Positions 36,503 to 48,855 of a DNA stretch of 53,742 nt are shown one piece after another. Every line of letters begins with the position of its first letter. Position 1 is the first letter of the stretch. The notes beneath the pieces were generated by a model. It did no database searches, had not been told where the DNA came from, and saw only the letters and a list, made by a program, of their open reading frames with translations. The stretch is from the IMG/VR virus record IMGVR_UViG_3300018757_000034, positions 1 to 53,742 of that record. One strand, written 5' to 3'. A program made the translations under genes and the position numbers. This stretch comes from a virus (taxonomy: Duplodnaviria; Caudoviricetes).

Positions 36503-36681
36503 TCAAGGATGGGAATAAGGAGGCCGTGTATTTGTATTACTGCATGCATGAGCTTCATTATTCTCCATCCCAACTATTAGAAATCTATGAAGCGCCTCGA
36601 CATTTTAAGGCGTTTTTATTTGGACTTATCGGTCACAAACTTGAAGTTTTAGAGAAAGAGGCAAAGAAGGGAGGTAAATAG
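36493..36681 (+). CDS. -1 frameshift extension of the chaperone (G/GT type)
   Basis: A AAA AAC at 36493-36499; -1 frame open (LIKDGNKEAVYLYYCMHELH...KKGGK) to TAG 36681. Confidence 0.8.
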   Translation, partial: KKLIKDGNKEAVYLYYCMHELHYSPSQLLEIYEAPRHFKAFLFGLIGHKLEVLEKEAKKGGK

Positions 36682-36684
36682 ATT

Positions 36685-39600
36685 ATGGCCAAATTAACTG
36701 CACGCTTTGATCTGCAGGATCGCATGACCTCCCGTCTACGTGCGATTCGGGGTGAGATGGTTCGTATTGATAGACTCAGACAAAGGACTGAACAGCGCCC
36801 TTTTGTTATTCGGGTACGAGATAGGGCTAGCCAAACATTGAGAAGAATTCATATGTTTATCCTTCGGGATATCGGCAAGTCTCATCAGCTTGTCCTTTCT
36901 GTGAAAGATTTGGCTACCCGATCCATGCAAAAGATGAATCGATTTATCGCACGACGGATGCCGCGAACCCATGAAATCATGATGAAAGTGGTAGACCGGG
37001 CAACACCGCAGATTCTGCGACTGAGGCGATATTTAGATCGTCACTTATCTGGTCCTCGCAGAATCCTTATTGAGGCAAAGGATCGGGCGACGGCCGTCAT
37101 TCGCCGTATTTCCAGGTATGCCAAAGATCAGCTAGAAAGAGGCTACAATGTTACAGTTCGGGCAGTAGACATGGTGACGAAAACCGTGAATCGTATCGTC
37201 TCAAGTGCCAGGCGTGAAATTCCGGAGTACTACAAATCAAGTATTCAAGCGATTGACCGGTTTACAGCGCCTGCCCGACGGGTTACGTCTTTTGCGAACC
37301 AACACTTGAACCGGACATGGACCGCCACTGTCAAAGTGTTAGACCTTGCAACTAAGCCTTTGAAGGCGATCGCTTCCGCGGCAACTTCAACACTCGGAAT
37401 TCTTGGTGTAGGAGCCGGGGCGACCGGGGGAATTGTCGTTCCTTTAAAGATGGTTGCCGACCGTCAAAATATGACCACTGCATTTGAAACTCTACTCGGA
37501 AGCCGGGCTAAAGCCGATCAAAGACTGGACGAATTAACAACATTCGCTGGTCAAACTCCATTTACCCGGGATGAAATCTTTGAATCAAGCCGGGTGCTGC
37601 AGGTCTTTACAGGAAACGCCCTTTCTACTGCTGAAGGGATGAAACTTGTCGGGGATGTTGCTGCAGGTGTGCAGCGGCCATTCTCGGAAGTCGCTCTTTG
37701 GATGGGACGTCTCTATGACGGGATCAAGTCTGGCCGTCCGATCGGGGATGCTACGGCAGCCCTGCAAGAAATGGGGGCGATCTCAGGTGAGGCTCGCGGC
37801 AAACTTGAGAAATTAGCGGAGAGTGGACAGGACATTTCTAAAACTTGGCCGCAGGTCACAAAAGAATTCAGTAAATACAATGACATGATGGTCAAGATGT
37901 CTGACAACCTCGCAAACTTATTTTTAGGGGTTAAGTCATTTATCAATAACTCCATTCTCATGCCATGGGGAAAAGGGCTGGCAGAGGCATTTCAGCCGGC
38001 TCTTGAAGCGTTTAGAGAATGGCGCGGTGAATACTCTTTTGTACTGACAGACCTTACAAATAAAGCTCAGAAGGCAGGAAAGGCCTTTGCAGAAAGCTTC
38101 TTGAATCCGACGAAAAATGTGTTTGGCTTCATCGGTGAACAGTTCAAAATCCTTTTTCCAGGAGAACTTACGAAAAAACAAAAGAAAGAGCTGGAGCTTA
38201 AATTCAAAGAAGATCCTAAGCTGAAAAAACGGTTTGATCAGCTGCAGAAATACAGGGATATGGATTTTAAAACCCGTTGGCAGATCGTGCTGGATAACAC
38301 GAAGGACGTCTTCGGAGAATGGTGGAAAAAGACGGGAGAACCCGGCTTAATTAAAATGGCAGGCAATCTCGGCAGCACTTACGGAGGCATCATTAATGGG
38401 GTTATCAATGGTTTGCTTGGAATTGATGATAAGTCATCCGAAAATGGATTCGTCAATGCCGGAACAAAAGCCGGCCGGACATTTGTTGTCAGCTTTGTGG
38501 ATGCTTTGGATCCGGTTGAGCTGTCGATGCGTATTGCGAAAAAGCTCGCTAAATTAAATTGGGATGCGGTTACCGGTCAAGGTTCTGTTGGTGGTGCCCT
38601 TCTTGCTGATGCGCTCGCTTTAGCCTTTATCGGTAAGGTGGGACGTCTTCTCAAGCCTGTTGGGAAGCTTGTTTCTGGTGTTTTCGCAGGCTATAAGTGG
38701 CTAAAAAACAGGCCGGGTTCCGGTGGAAGAACAGGTGGCCCTCTCACCCCAGGTAAGAACAAAAGAGCTGGCGGAGGCCGTCGAGGACCGGAATACCGGA
38801 ACCCTTGGTTTGGTCAAGGAGAAAGGGTTTCTCTATCAAATCCAAACCAAACGAGAGGCGGCGGGTTCTGGAGCAAAGCAGGAAAAGGGGCCAAGTCAGT
38901 CGGTAAACGCGTTCCAATCTTAGGAACCGCGCTTGCTGCAACCGAACTCATTGGCATGAATAAAGACAATGCTGGTGAAAAATTAGGCGGTTTTGGTGGC
39001 GGCTTGGCAGGATCAGCTGGAGGAGCAAGTGCAGGGGCTGCCGTCGGAACTTTAATTGCACCAGGTATCGGAACCGCAGTCGGTGGTGTTATCGGTGGTG
39101 TCGCCGGTGGCATCGGCGGTTCAGACTTTGGACAATCCATTGGAAAGTGGATTGATGATGGCGGCATCATGAAAACATGGGATACTATTGTGAAAAAGTC
39201 GTCAGAAGCTTGGACCAATATTCAAAAGACATGGGAAAAGGTGTCTGACTGGTTTCAGGAAAATGTATCAGATCCTGTCTCTAAAACGTTTGATGATGCG
39301 CTCACCTGGATTAAGAATACTTGGTCAACCGTCACAACGTGGTTCGAAGAAAATGTTTGGAATCCTTTTCTGAAACCTGTCGTCGATTTTGCTATTCAAG
39401 TCTGGGGCTGGTTAGAACAAGCGTGGTCATGGATCCAAGACACTTGGAAAACTGTAAAGACGTGGTTTCAAGATAACGTTTGGACGCCTATATACAATAT
39501 TGGAGTAAGAATTATAAACAATGTTGTAGGCTTCTTTGCGGTAGCCTGGTATTCTATCCAGTTGGTATGGGGAATTGCTTCATCATGGTTCATGGAATAT

Positions 39601-41943
39601 GTTTGGGACCCAATATTATCCCATGTTGTTCAATTCGCAATAGACGTGTGGAACTGGCTCGTGCAGGCTTGGAACTGGATTTCTGAAACATGGGAAACCG
39701 TCTCGACCTGGTTTGTCGAAAATGTTTGGGATCCAATATTGTCCCACGTTGTTCAATTTGCATTGGATGTGTGGGATTGGTTCGTTAAAGCATGGAACTG
39801 GATTTCCGAAACATGGGAGACTGTTTCAACTTGGTTCGTTGAAAATGTCTGGGATCCAATTTTGGAGCCTGCGATTCAGACCGCAACAGATATCTGGAAC
39901 TGGCTTGTCCAAGCATGGAATTGGATCAAAGAAACATGGGACACTGTTTCGAAATGGTTCACTGAGAACGTCTGGGATCCGATCATTAAAAATCTTATTA
40001 TAGCAGCTATCCAAATTTACGGTCATTTTTGGATGGCAAAAAATAAAGTGATCAAATACTGGACCGATATTTCTGCTTGGTTTGATGAACATGTTAAAAA
40101 ACCAATAGTCGGGGTCGCAAATGACATATCAAAAGCGTTTGAAAAAGCGTTTGGCTGGGTCGGAAAAGTCTGGGATAAGGCAAAGGATTTTGGAGGCGGT
40201 ATAAAACAAAGCTGGGACGATCTGTGGCAGGGTAAAAACAAAACAACCTTTGAAAAAATTGGTGAAGAAAAGACAGGCTGGAAGCCAAAAGAAATACCTG
40301 ATAAAAAGGCTACAGGTGGCTACATCACAAAACCAACTATTTCATGGATTGGAGAAGCCGGTAATGAATTTGTCATCCCGACAGAAAACAACCGGGGCCG
40401 CGGAAAGATGCTGCTCTCACAAGCGGCAACTCAACTCGGTATGCGGGTTGTTGATGATATCGGCTCTGTTTCTACGGATGCCGGAACTGTCGCACCTATT
40501 TCGAGTGTTGCTTCCTATTCTGCTTCAGTATCGCCATCAATGAATGCGGGAAACATGACGAATCAAGCATCGTCTTTTGGTCAGCAATTTACAGAAGGCT
40601 TTGACGAAGGTCTCAATTCAAACGTTGTCTCTATAGAAGACTGGAAGAAGAAAAACATTCAAACACCTTTTAATAACCTGGTGACAAGTTCCCCATCCTT
40701 CGGGAAAAATGTCGTAGCTGGATATGCTTCAGGGCAGAATGCAACTTCTACCGGAACAGATGGATTCTTGCAGTCAAAAGTGAAGACGCCATTTCAAAAC
40801 ACAGTGAATACGGCTTCTTCATGGGGTGTGAATACGGTTAGAGGATTTGCGGCTGGCCAGAATGCTACGCCTACAGGTACAAACCAATATGTCAACACCC
40901 ATATCAATAAGCCGTTTCTTGATTCGAAACAGTCATCAAGAGGCTGGGGATCTGGCATGATTGGCAATTTTGTATCCGGCATGAATTCAAAAGAGAATGA
41001 AGTAAAAGAAGCTGCCAAGGAATTGGCCAAGAAAGTGGAACAAGCTTTCCGCGATGAGTTGGATATTCACTCCCCATCCCGAGTCATGATGAGCCTCGGG
41101 CGTTTTGCGTCTGTTGGTATCGTGAAAGGTTTAAGCTCAGTCGATGTGAAGAGTTTCGCCGAAAAACAAGCCGGCTCTCTTGCCGCAGCCTTCTCGGGGA
41201 TGGGAGCAGTCGGTGGCAACGTAAAAGACTGGCTGCAGAAGGCTCTTATGATCACAGGCACGTCGATGAGTTGGCTTGGCCCACTATCTCAAATGGCCAT
41301 GCATGAATCAGGCGGAAACCCGCGGGCCATTAACCTGTGGGACAGCAATGCCAAGCGGGGCACGCCATCAAAAGGATTAATGCAAACCATCGATCCAACC
41401 TTTAATGCCTATAAGATGAAAGGGTTAAATGATATTTGGAACCCGATTCATAATGCGGTGGCAGCCATCAATTACATCAAAGCTCGGTATGGTTCTGTTT
41501 TTAACACGCCGGGAATGAGAAGCAAGCGAAATGGCGGCGGCTATAAGGGCTACGCGAACGGCGGGTTAATCACAAATGAACAAATTGCTCGCATCGGTGA
41601 AGGTGGAAAACGGGAATGGATTATTCCAGAAGAGCGCGGCATCCGCGGTCGTTATCTGCTTTCTCAGGCAGCACAGGCACTTGGTCTTGATGTGATCGAT
41701 CCATCGTCTCAACAATCTGGCATGTCATCTGATCAAGTGGATATTGCCACATCTGGCCAAACTGGTGCCGCCACGGTCGTCCCGTCTGGAACCAAAGAAA
41801 TCAACATCCATTTTAATGGCGATCAGCATTTTCACAATGATCAAGATGTGGATCGCTTAATTGATAAAATCAAACAGGCCTTAGTTGATGAGTTAGAAGA
41901 GGACATTAACATTGGAACGAAGGGAAGTGTAGCTTTTGACTAA
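36685..41943 (+). CDS. xkdO: Tape measure protein with C-terminal lytic transglycosylase (XkdO/YqbO)
   Basis: 1752 aa; FAGQTPF motif; Trp-rich repeats; [16 protein letters not shown]...SKGLMQ SLT motif. Confidence 0.95.
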   Translation: MAKLTARFDLQDRMTSRLRAIRGEMVRIDRLRQRTEQRPFVIRVRDRASQTLRRIHMFILRDIGKSHQLVLSVKDLATRSMQKMNRFIARRMPRTHEIMMKVVDRATPQILRLRRYLDRHLSGPRRILIEAKDRATAVIRRISRYAKDQLERGYNVTVRAVDMVTKTVNRIVSSARREIPEYYKSSIQAIDRFTAPARRVTSFANQHLNRTWTATVKVLDLATKPLKAIASAATSTLGILGVGAGATGGIVVPLKMVADRQNMTTAFETLLGSRAKADQRLDELTTFAGQTPFTRDEIFESSRVLQVFTGNALSTAEGMKLVGDVAAGVQRPFSEVALWMGRLYDGIKSGRPIGDATAALQEMGAISGEARGKLEKLAESGQDISKTWPQVTKEFSKYNDMMVKMSDNLANLFLGVKSFINNSILMPWGKGLAEAFQPALEAFREWRGEYSFVLTDLTNKAQKAGKAFAESFLNPTKNVFGFIGEQFKILFPGELTKKQKKELELKFKEDPKLKKRFDQLQKYRDMDFKTRWQIVLDNTKDVFGEWWKKTGEPGLIKMAGNLGSTYGGIINGVINGLLGIDDKSSENGFVNAGTKAGRTFVVSFVDALDPVELSMRIAKKLAKLNWDAVTGQGSVGGALLADALALAFIGKVGRLLKPVGKLVSGVFAGYKWLKNRPGSGGRTGGPLTPGKNKRAGGGRRGPEYRNPWFGQGERVSLSNPNQTRGGGFWSKAGKGAKSVGKRVPILGTALAATELIGMNKDNAGEKLGGFGGGLAGSAGGASAGAAVGTLIAPGIGTAVGGVIGGVAGGIGGSDFGQSIGKWIDDGGIMKTWDTIVKKSSEAWTNIQKTWEKVSDWFQENVSDPVSKTFDDALTWIKNTWSTVTTWFEENVWNPFLKPVVDFAIQVWGWLEQAWSWIQDTWKTVKTWFQDNVWTPIYNIGVRIINNVVGFFAVAWYSIQLVWGIASSWFMEYVWDPILSHVVQFAIDVWNWLVQAWNWISETWETVSTWFVENVWDPILSHVVQFALDVWDWFVKAWNWISETWETVSTWFVENVWDPILEPAIQTATDIWNWLVQAWNWIKETWDTVSKWFTENVWDPIIKNLIIAAIQIYGHFWMAKNKVIKYWTDISAWFDEHVKKPIVGVANDISKAFEKAFGWVGKVWDKAKDFGGGIKQSWDDLWQGKNKTTFEKIGEEKTGWKPKEIPDKKATGGYITKPTISWIGEAGNEFVIPTENNRGRGKMLLSQAATQLGMRVVDDIGSVSTDAGTVAPISSVASYSASVSPSMNAGNMTNQASSFGQQFTEGFDEGLNSNVVSIEDWKKKNIQTPFNNLVTSSPSFGKNVVAGYASGQNATSTGTDGFLQSKVKTPFQNTVNTASSWGVNTVRGFAAGQNATPTGTNQYVNTHINKPFLDSKQSSRGWGSGMIGNFVSGMNSKENEVKEAAKELAKKVEQAFRDELDIHSPSRVMMSLGRFASVGIVKGLSSVDVKSFAEKQAGSLAAAFSGMGAVGGNVKDWLQKALMITGTSMSWLGPLSQMAMHESGGNPRAINLWDSNAKRGTPSKGLMQTIDPTFNAYKMKGLNDIWNPIHNAVAAINYIKARYGSVFNTPGMRSKRNGGGYKGYANGGLITNEQIARIGEGGKREWIIPEERGIRGRYLLSQAAQALGLDVIDPSSQQSGMSSDQVDIATSGQTGAATVVPSGTKEINIHFNGDQHFHNDQDVDRLIDKIKQALVDELEEDINIGTKGSVAFD
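39601..39969 (+). repeat. Three tandem 123-bp (41-aa) repeats in the tape measure gene
   Basis: VWDPIL...[18 protein letters not shown] units start at 39601, 39724, 39847. Confidence 0.9.
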
Positions 41944-42595
41944 ATCTGTTTATGAATTTTGGCTATCTCAGGGGAAGGAAAAGCTGCGCTTCCCCGTGCT
42001 TCCTGAAAAAATAGACGTAACCAACAACACGGCAAATGAAACCGTTCAAGTGGCCAAATTTGGCGAGCTGACATTCATCAACGATCCGAATGCCAAAACC
42101 ATTTCGTTTTCCTCTTATTTTTCGAAGAAGTATTCCCCTTTGGCTGAATATAAGGGATTCCCTTCGCCGGAAAATGCAATTGCCACAATCGAACGATGGA
42201 TGAAAAATAAAAAGCCGGTTCGATTTCTTGTTACCGGTACGAAGATCAATTTAAACTGCAGCATCGATGCCTTTACTCATCATGAAGGCCAAAAAGACAT
42301 TGGAGACCGTGATTTCGATATCACATTAAAGGAATATAAAACAGCGTCTCCGCGAAAGATCAAGCAAAAAAAGAAGACGAAAAAGAAACGTCCGTCAAAG
42401 GCAGCGCCTAAAGTATACACCGTAAAAAAAGGGGATACCCTCTGGCATATTGCTGGCCGATTTTATGGAAACAGCCTGCAGTGGCGGAAAATCTGGAATG
42501 CGAATAAAACAGCGATGATCAAGCGGAGTAAACGAAACATAAGGCAGCCTGGTCATTGGATTTTCCCCGGCCAGAAACTAAAAATACCTCAATGA
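41936..42595 (+). CDS. xkdP: LysM-domain tail protein (XkdP)
   Basis: [13 protein letters not shown]...[10 protein letters not shown]. Confidence 0.9.
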   Translation: MTKSVYEFWLSQGKEKLRFPVLPEKIDVTNNTANETVQVAKFGELTFINDPNAKTISFSSYFSKKYSPLAEYKGFPSPENAIATIERWMKNKKPVRFLVTGTKINLNCSIDAFTHHEGQKDIGDRDFDITLKEYKTASPRKIKQKKKTKKKRPSKAAPKVYTVKKGDTLWHIAGRFYGNSLQWRKIWNANKTAMIKRSKRNIRQPGHWIFPGQKLKIPQ

Positions 42596-42616
42596 AAACA
42601 GGTGGGGTGAACGAAT

Positions 42617-43600
42617 ATGATTGAACTATTCGTAGTAAAAGAAACGGAATGGAGGGAGCTGGTGACAGAAAGTGTTTCCCTTGAAGGCCAGCGGTACCAG
42701 GCCCCCCGTTCTATTCAAGCGACGATCGTGGTCAAACAAGGCGATCAAAAATATTACAGTGTCCAGGAAGGCGACACGGTTTTATTCAAGTGGAAAGGCA
42801 AAGAGCTGTTCCGCGGAATTGTGTTTTCCAGGATACCTGATGAACATACGTTAGTGTTCACTGCTTATGATATGCTGCAATATCTTGTGAAAAATAAAGA
42901 TGTCTATGTTTTTTCAAATAAACGGGCGGATCAAATTGTCCACCGGATCGCCAACGATTTTCAAATTCCAAAGACTTCGATCGCCAATACAGGGTATACA
43001 ATTAAATCCCTTGTCATCAAAGACGATACATCGCTCTATGACATCATTTTGAAGGCCTTAAAAGAGACCAAAAAGCAAACGGGGAAAAACTTTCAACTCT
43101 ATTCATCCAAAGGAAAGCTCGGTTTGCGGGCATGGCCGGACCCGTCGGAAATTTGGGTATTAGAAACCGGCGTCAATATTATGGACTATCAGTACAGTAC
43201 ATCCATAAATGATACAGCGACACGCGTTAAAATGCGCCGACAGAAAGACAACAAAACGTATACGGCTACCGCAAGCGACAGCACCGGCATAAAAAAATAC
43301 GGTGTTTTGCAGTATGTTGAAACGGTATCGGATAACATTAACCAGGCACAGCTCCAAGAGCGAGCCAAAGTTAGACAGTCACAGAAAAAGGGTGTCAAAA
43401 AGGAGCTGAAAAGCATTCAGGCACTTGGGATTCCGGATCTTCAAAGCGGCATGCCGGTGTACATCTCGATCCCGGAGGTCGGCAATAAACAAAAGTATTG
43501 GGTCGATACAGACAAGCATGAATTTAAGGGTTCCAAACACACGATGACGATCGATGTTGTCCCTAAAAACCATATGCCGAGTGGAGCGTCCGCATCATGA
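42617..43600 (+). CDS. xkdQ: Baseplate hub (XkdQ)
   Basis: ELFRGIVF...AYDMLQYLVKNKD; synteny. Confidence 0.88.
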   Translation: MIELFVVKETEWRELVTESVSLEGQRYQAPRSIQATIVVKQGDQKYYSVQEGDTVLFKWKGKELFRGIVFSRIPDEHTLVFTAYDMLQYLVKNKDVYVFSNKRADQIVHRIANDFQIPKTSIANTGYTIKSLVIKDDTSLYDIILKALKETKKQTGKNFQLYSSKGKLGLRAWPDPSEIWVLETGVNIMDYQYSTSINDTATRVKMRRQKDNKTYTATASDSTGIKKYGVLQYVETVSDNINQAQLQERAKVRQSQKKGVKKELKSIQALGIPDLQSGMPVYISIPEVGNKQKYWVDTDKHEFKGSKHTMTIDVVPKNHMPSGASAS

Positions 43601-43905
43601 GATTAAGTGATGCCATAAAAGAGTTAGCTCTCGGAGCCGTGAACGCAGAGTCTCCTGTCGATGTGATGCCCGCGAAAATCGTATCGGCTTCACCTCTCAG
43701 CATTAAAATTCGAGACAATGACAAATTGGTGATTCCCTCTGATTTGTTGGTTGTGGCTGAACATTTAACAGAACATACAAGGGAAATAGAGCTTGACGGA
43801 GAGAAAAAAAACATCCGTTTTTACAATCAGTTGAATACAGGAGACCATGTGATGATTGCAGCCATGCCAGGCGGGCAATCTTTTTTTGTGATCGACAAGA
43901 TATAG
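43597..43905 (+). CDS. xkdR: XkdR-like spike protein
   Basis: MRLSDAIK...GGQSFFVIDKI. Confidence 0.85.
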   Translation: MRLSDAIKELALGAVNAESPVDVMPAKIVSASPLSIKIRDNDKLVIPSDLLVVAEHLTEHTREIELDGEKKNIRFYNQLNTGDHVMIAAMPGGQSFFVIDKI

Positions 43906-43917
43906 GAGGTGTCTGAT

Positions 43918-44343
43918 ATGGCGCTTTCCCCGGAAGTAGAATTTGAAGATATCGAGGATGACAGTAACGTCATTGAGACTTCAAAAACATACAAAATTGA
44001 TTTTGATTCCGGCCAAATAACGAATGAAATCATTACAGGGCTTGATGCCATTAAACAAATGGTTTATATGGCCCTTCGAACGGAACGTTATGGTTATCCG
44101 ATCTATAGCCATGATATCGGAAATGAACTGCAGGAGGTTCTTTCTGACAATGAAACGACCGATGCTTATAAGGAAATGGAGATCCCGCGACTGATCGAGG
44201 AGGCTCTGATTTTTGACGAAAGAATCACGGCCGTCAAAGATTTTGAAATTCATAAAATAGAGGACGCCTTTCATGTATCATTTACGGTTGAAACAGATGA
44301 AGGAACCTTGGAGATTGAAGAGGTGATTGGTGAAGATGTTTGA
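43918..44343 (+). CDS. xkdS: Baseplate protein (XkdS)
   Basis: ALRTERY..PIYS..IG.E motif. Confidence 0.88.
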   Translation: MALSPEVEFEDIEDDSNVIETSKTYKIDFDSGQITNEIITGLDAIKQMVYMALRTERYGYPIYSHDIGNELQEVLSDNETTDAYKEMEIPRLIEEALIFDERITAVKDFEIHKIEDAFHVSFTVETDEGTLEIEEVIGEDV

Positions 44344-45379
44344 AGATCAGACGTTTGATGAGATTATGGAGCGTATGCTTGAACGTGTCCCAGCTGATAT
44401 TGATAAACGGGAAAACAGTGTGATTTGGAATGCATTGGCGCCAGCGGCTGCAGAACTCGCTCAATCCTATATCTGGCTGGACACGGTGTTGGAATTGGTC
44501 TTCGCCGACACTGCCCAAGGTGAATTTTTAGACAGGCGGGCCGCTGAAGCCGGTTTGGAAAGGCAGCCAGCAACAAAAGCGGTCAGGGCCGCAAAATTTA
44601 CAAAAGGCGTTAACATTCCCGTAGGTTCCCGCTTCTTTATTGACAATCTGTATTTCAAATATACGAGGGATGGTTATTTGGAATGTGAAACCGCCGGAGA
44701 AGCCGGAAACGCAAATTTAGACGGGCGTCCTCTCCTTTCTCTCGATACAATTCCAGGACTTGATTCAGCCGTTATGGGGAAACTCCTGGTTCCAGGCAAG
44801 GAAGAGGAAACAGACGAAGAATTGTATGCGCGGTATTCCGTCCGGGTCCGGCGGGAAGCTGTAAGCGCAAATAAAATGCATTATAAGCAATGGGCGGAAG
44901 AGGTAGACGGAGTTGGCCGGGCGAAGGTATTTCCTCTTTGGGATGGAGACGGAACGGTTAAAATCGTGATTACGAATGCCAAAATGGAACCTGCATCAGA
45001 TACCTTAGTCGATAAGGTAAAAGACTATATTGATCCCGATCCCGGAAAAGGGGAGGGACAGGCTCCGATCGGGGCGACGGTCACCGTAGAAAGCGCAGTA
45101 TATAAAAAAGTTGATATTGAAGTTACCGTTGTTCCCGAACCTGATTACTCAATTGAGGATGTTCAAAAAGAAATCGAAGATAAAGTGAAAAGCTTTTTTA
45201 AAGAAATTGCATTTACAGAAAGCATTGTCCGACTTTCCAAAATCAATAACATTGTTTTTAACGCGGATTCTGTCAGCGATTATGCTGATGTGAAAATCAA
45301 CGGGGATACGAAAAACTTGGAGCTGAAGGATGAAGACATACCGAAGCTTGGGACGGTGACGATCCATGAACAAGATTGA
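44336..45379 (+). CDS. xkdT: Baseplate J protein (XkdT)
   Basis: [26 protein letters not shown]. Confidence 0.92.
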   Translation: MFEDQTFDEIMERMLERVPADIDKRENSVIWNALAPAAAELAQSYIWLDTVLELVFADTAQGEFLDRRAAEAGLERQPATKAVRAAKFTKGVNIPVGSRFFIDNLYFKYTRDGYLECETAGEAGNANLDGRPLLSLDTIPGLDSAVMGKLLVPGKEEETDEELYARYSVRVRREAVSANKMHYKQWAEEVDGVGRAKVFPLWDGDGTVKIVITNAKMEPASDTLVDKVKDYIDPDPGKGEGQAPIGATVTVESAVYKKVDIEVTVVPEPDYSIEDVQKEIEDKVKSFFKEIAFTESIVRLSKINNIVFNADSVSDYADVKINGDTKNLELKDEDIPKLGTVTIHEQD

Positions 45380-45944
45380 AGAAATGGAGAACTATTTGCC
45401 GCCGTTCCTCACAAAAGTTAGAGAAATGAGCGAGATTCTACAAGCGGAAGCACCGGAATTTGAGCAGCAGAACAATGATATTTTTGATCTGACAGATCAG
45501 CTGTTCATTACAACAGCGACATGGGGCCTTGATCGGTGGGAAGCTCTATTAAATGTGGCCAGAGAATCTGGAGATTCTATAGAGATAAGGCGACTACGGC
45601 TGATATCGAAGACATCTAATATTCCGCCGGCTACTTATCAGGCTATCGAACAAGCTTTAAACCGATTTTTAAAGAATCCTTCAGCTCAAGTTCGGCTACT
45701 TCCGAAAGAGTACCGCTTTAATGTAGATATTGACATTGATGATTTGCAGAATGTCAGAGAGCTTATTGAAACACTTGAAAATATAAAACCGGCTCATCTC
45801 GCATATACATTTCGGCCAGGCTTCAATGAGCAGCTGAAAATTAAGGATACAGTCACAATGAATCATCGAAGGTATCGAAAAATAAAGGAACTCCGGGTCG
45901 GTTACTCTGTCACTCTCGATAATAATGAGGTGGTTTTAACATGA
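45366..45944 (+). CDS. xkdU: Baseplate protein (XkdU/YmfQ-like)
   Basis: [15 protein letters not shown]. Confidence 0.88.
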   Translation: MNKIEEMENYLPPFLTKVREMSEILQAEAPEFEQQNNDIFDLTDQLFITTATWGLDRWEALLNVARESGDSIEIRRLRLISKTSNIPPATYQAIEQALNRFLKNPSAQVRLLPKEYRFNVDIDIDDLQNVRELIETLENIKPAHLAYTFRPGFNEQLKIKDTVTMNHRRYRKIKELRVGYSVTLDNNEVVLT

Positions 45945-46216
45945 TCACAAAAAAATACAGGGAGCGCGTGGCGGCCGATCTGAAAAGCAGGATCAAAAAG
46001 GTATTGTTGAATGGGAAAGAAACTGAGATTGCCAACATCACGATCAATGGCACGACTGTCACGGTGTTGACCAAACGTGAGGAAGATGTCAGCCATATTG
46101 AAAATGTCCAGGTCATCGATGATCAAGACCATGTGATTACAGAACGAAGTCCCGATCTGGATGTCAGCACCAACCGCACGCTCGATTTCCGATTTACATT
46201 TGAGGTGGTGGAATAA
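45941..46216 (+). CDS. Small tail protein (YqcB-like)
   Basis: Synteny; coupled start and stop. Confidence 0.75.
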   Translation: MITKKYRERVAADLKSRIKKVLLNGKETEIANITINGTTVTVLTKREEDVSHIENVQVIDDQDHVITERSPDLDVSTNRTLDFRFTFEVVE

Positions 46217-47320
46217 ATGACTTATAAAGAAAAGACGGACTGGCTCCCGGATGATCCGATAACTGAAGATGACGTGAACCGCTGGGAAAAAGGCATTAAA
46301 GAGGCGCATACCGATTTGGCTGCCCATAAAAATGACCTGAATAATCCGCACGGCACGACAAAGGACCAAATTGGGCTTGGAAATGTAGAGAATGTGAAGC
46401 AAGCTTCAAAAGCTGAATTTATTCGGCATGTTGATGATGAAACGATCCATATTACAGCAGATGAAAGAGCAGAATGGAATGCCAAGGAAACGCCGAGTGC
46501 TGCCCAGGATAAAGCAGATCGTGCGGAAGAGAATGCGAAAACATATGCGGATCAAACATTCACCAATGAGAAATTGACTGTTTTACCAGATTCAGAGGCG
46601 ATTCAAGATGCCCGGACTGCAGGAAGTGAATATCCTCTCGGAATTACATTGATGGATATTGGCCAAGGCAATAAAACTGGTTATCCACTCAGCTATGGCT
46701 TTGTGAAAAACGAAAAGCGTTCGAACTATCGTTTTACTCAATACTTTTATGGGACCGCAAATGAAACCGGTGATTATTACTATAATACGGGGACATGGAT
46801 TCGGCACTGGTGGAATGAGTCTGGCTGGACCCAATGGGAAAAAATATCTGGTTTTGCCCATGCGAACATAGGGACAACAGGCAGACAAGCTTTGATAAGA
46901 GGGGAACTCCAGAAAATCAAATTCAATCGCATCATCAAAGACAGCCATAAATTGTTTGATACGAAAAACAACAGGTTTAAGGCCAGTCATTCAGGAATGT
47001 ACCTGGTAGGCGCAAGTTTGTATATTGAAAACCCACTCCAATATTCAAACTTTGAGCTTTATGTTTACAAGAACGGCACTAAATATAAATTGATGAATCG
47101 TTTCATCATTCCATCTCCAAAAGATAACAGTGATTCAACAGAATTTCATGCGACGGTGACAGGCACAGTAAGCGTTCCACTTGATGAAGGAGATTATATC
47201 GAGATTTACGTATATGCAGGTTATTCCGGAACCAAGACCCGTTATCTTATGGACAGCGATGGAGTTCTTAATTATTTCGATATTTTAGAACTAGGTGGCC
47301 GGAATTACCCGAATATGTAG
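46217..47320 (+). CDS. Tail fibre / receptor-binding protein (XkdV/YqcC-like)
   Basis: KTDWLPDDPI.EDDVNRWE; NPHGTTKDQIGLGNVEN; beta-rich C-terminus. Confidence 0.85.
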   Translation: MTYKEKTDWLPDDPITEDDVNRWEKGIKEAHTDLAAHKNDLNNPHGTTKDQIGLGNVENVKQASKAEFIRHVDDETIHITADERAEWNAKETPSAAQDKADRAEENAKTYADQTFTNEKLTVLPDSEAIQDARTAGSEYPLGITLMDIGQGNKTGYPLSYGFVKNEKRSNYRFTQYFYGTANETGDYYYNTGTWIRHWWNESGWTQWEKISGFAHANIGTTGRQALIRGELQKIKFNRIIKDSHKLFDTKNNRFKASHSGMYLVGASLYIENPLQYSNFELYVYKNGTKYKLMNRFIIPSPKDNSDSTEFHATVTGTVSVPLDEGDYIEIYVYAGYSGTKTRYLMDSDGVLNYFDILELGGRNYPNM

Positions 47321-47331
47321 GAGGTGAGCTT

Positions 47332-47661
47332 ATGATCTTATATGATGCCATCATGTACAAGTATCCTGAGGCCATCCCCAAAAAGGATTTTGTCTTGAGA
47401 AACGATGGGAATGGATCTTATATTGAAGAATGGAATTTAAGGGCGCCTATTCCGACAAAAGAGGAGCTGCAGTTGTGGTGGGAAGAATCAAAAAAGAGTC
47501 AGCTATATACACCGCCAAGCCTAACAGAGTCCCTTGGCCGCCAGCTGACAGAGGAGAGGCTGGCACGAAAAGCTCTTGAGGAGTCATACAAACTTATGGG
47601 GCAAGAACTGGCAAAACTTAAGATTCAATCGCTTCAATTGAAAGGGGAGGAGCAGCAATGA
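47332..47661 (+). CDS. xkdW: XkdW-like protein
   Basis: LYDAIMYKYP...NDGNGSYIEEWN. Confidence 0.85.
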   Translation: MILYDAIMYKYPEAIPKKDFVLRNDGNGSYIEEWNLRAPIPTKEELQLWWEESKKSQLYTPPSLTESLGRQLTEERLARKALEESYKLMGQELAKLKIQSLQLKGEEQQ

Positions 47662-47840
47662 ACTTTTGGGTGTTGGCACTTTACTATAATTGGGCCACAA
47701 CAGACATGGTGAAACAAGCACTCTATTATAAAGACTGTACCGCAGAAGACTTCAAAGATGGGGTAGATAACAGGCTTGTGTCTCCCGGACAATACAAAGA
47801 AATCTTTAATGAAGAATACCCGCCGGAAGCCGTCATATAG
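47658..47840 (+). CDS. xkdX: XkdX-like protein
   Basis: MNFWVLALYYNWAT...YKEIFNEEY. Confidence 0.85.
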   Translation: MNFWVLALYYNWATTDMVKQALYYKDCTAEDFKDGVDNRLVSPGQYKEIFNEEYPPEAVI

Positions 47841-47849
47841 GCTTTTTTA
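47827..47849 (+). terminator. Intrinsic terminator
   Basis: AAGCC...GGCTT plus T-run. Confidence 0.6.
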
Positions 47850-47941
47850 TTTTGCCTTTTAGGGGGTGATCTATGGGCGCGTGCTTCATCCGTTTGATTG
47901 GTCAGATTAAAGAGATATACAAAAACAGAGGAGGATGAACA

Positions 47942-48775
47942 TTGGCTAAACACAATTTTTTGTTTCCGTTGGATGCTGATTCAAGACCAGGTGCGGTGAA
48001 ACCATTTCGGGAGGGGGATACGGATTTTACAGTTCCTAATATGGATGTCAGCGGCGGCGCAGAGCTGCTGACCAATCTGCCTCTTAAAGCTACAGAGGTT
48101 TATAACCAATATGGCCAAGACCGGCTGGGAGATGTACTTATTTCTAAAGTGAGGGGCCATGCTTTTGCAGATAAAGCTGGGTCATTATATGTTGAAGAAA
48201 GTGACGACGGGAATTCTTGGTCCACAGTGAAATCTATCGATGTAAAAGAACATGAGTTAGGTGACACAGGATGGGTTTATCTATCCAAAAGGTATTATCG
48301 TTTTCGATATGTTAACGGCAACTTGGAACAGTCTGATTTTGCCCTATATCAATCACTTGGATCAGGTGAACAGGATGTCCGGGTTTCAGGAGGATTTGAG
48401 GCGCCTTCTTTAGACATTCCAGCTGATGGTCTCCCTGTAAAAGCACTGAAAACTATTACTTCAGAAAGCTTTTTAGAAGAACAGGTCATCAAAGCAGGAG
48501 AGTCTATCTATCTAAATATTGATGCGGCAGGTCATCAGCTTGGACTCGCGATTTATCTTTATGAAAAGACGAATCTGAGTGTTCGCATGACTTACATCAT
48601 CCCGGGAACAAGCAACTATACCCTGAGGGGTTATGAAGATGTCATTGTATTAGAAAATAATGACCGAGACGCTCAGAAGGTTGATTTATTAGCTGCCTCT
48701 CCGCGACTTATGCTGACCAATAACGGAGAAACAGACGTGAAAATTAAAAACCTTGTGGTTACTCATTTCTTGTAA
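47942..48775 (+). CDS. xepA: XepA-like lytic exoprotein
   Basis: FPLDA..RPGAVKPFRE; YGQDRLG; KRYYRFRY; upstream of holins. Confidence 0.85.
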   Translation: MAKHNFLFPLDADSRPGAVKPFREGDTDFTVPNMDVSGGAELLTNLPLKATEVYNQYGQDRLGDVLISKVRGHAFADKAGSLYVEESDDGNSWSTVKSIDVKEHELGDTGWVYLSKRYYRFRYVNGNLEQSDFALYQSLGSGEQDVRVSGGFEAPSLDIPADGLPVKALKTITSESFLEEQVIKAGESIYLNIDAAGHQLGLAIYLYEKTNLSVRMTYIIPGTSNYTLRGYEDVIVLENNDRDAQKVDLLAASPRLMLTNNGETDVKIKNLVVTHFL

Positions 48776-48778
48776 GAA

Positions 48779-48803
48779 CACACCGTAAAAAAACGGTGTC
48801 TTT
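48779..48803 (+). terminator. Hairpin terminator before the holins
   Basis: ACACCGT-A6-ACGGTGT-CTTT. Confidence 0.6.
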
Positions 48804-48855
48804 ATTTTGCCTCGGAGGAGGTGAAAACGATGTGAGAACGGGAGGATTTAGGGAG

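Noticed and set aside
39601-39969. CRISPR array
   Set aside because: In-frame coding repeats without unique spacers; no cas genes.
45900-47900. Diversity-generating retroelement or invertible tail-fibre cassette
   Set aside because: No reverse transcriptase, template/variable repeat pair or invertase seen.
23726-47953. Numerous 60-170 aa opposite-strand or nested ORFs in structural genes
   Set aside because: Shadow ORFs of well-supported genes, with no RBS or motifs.
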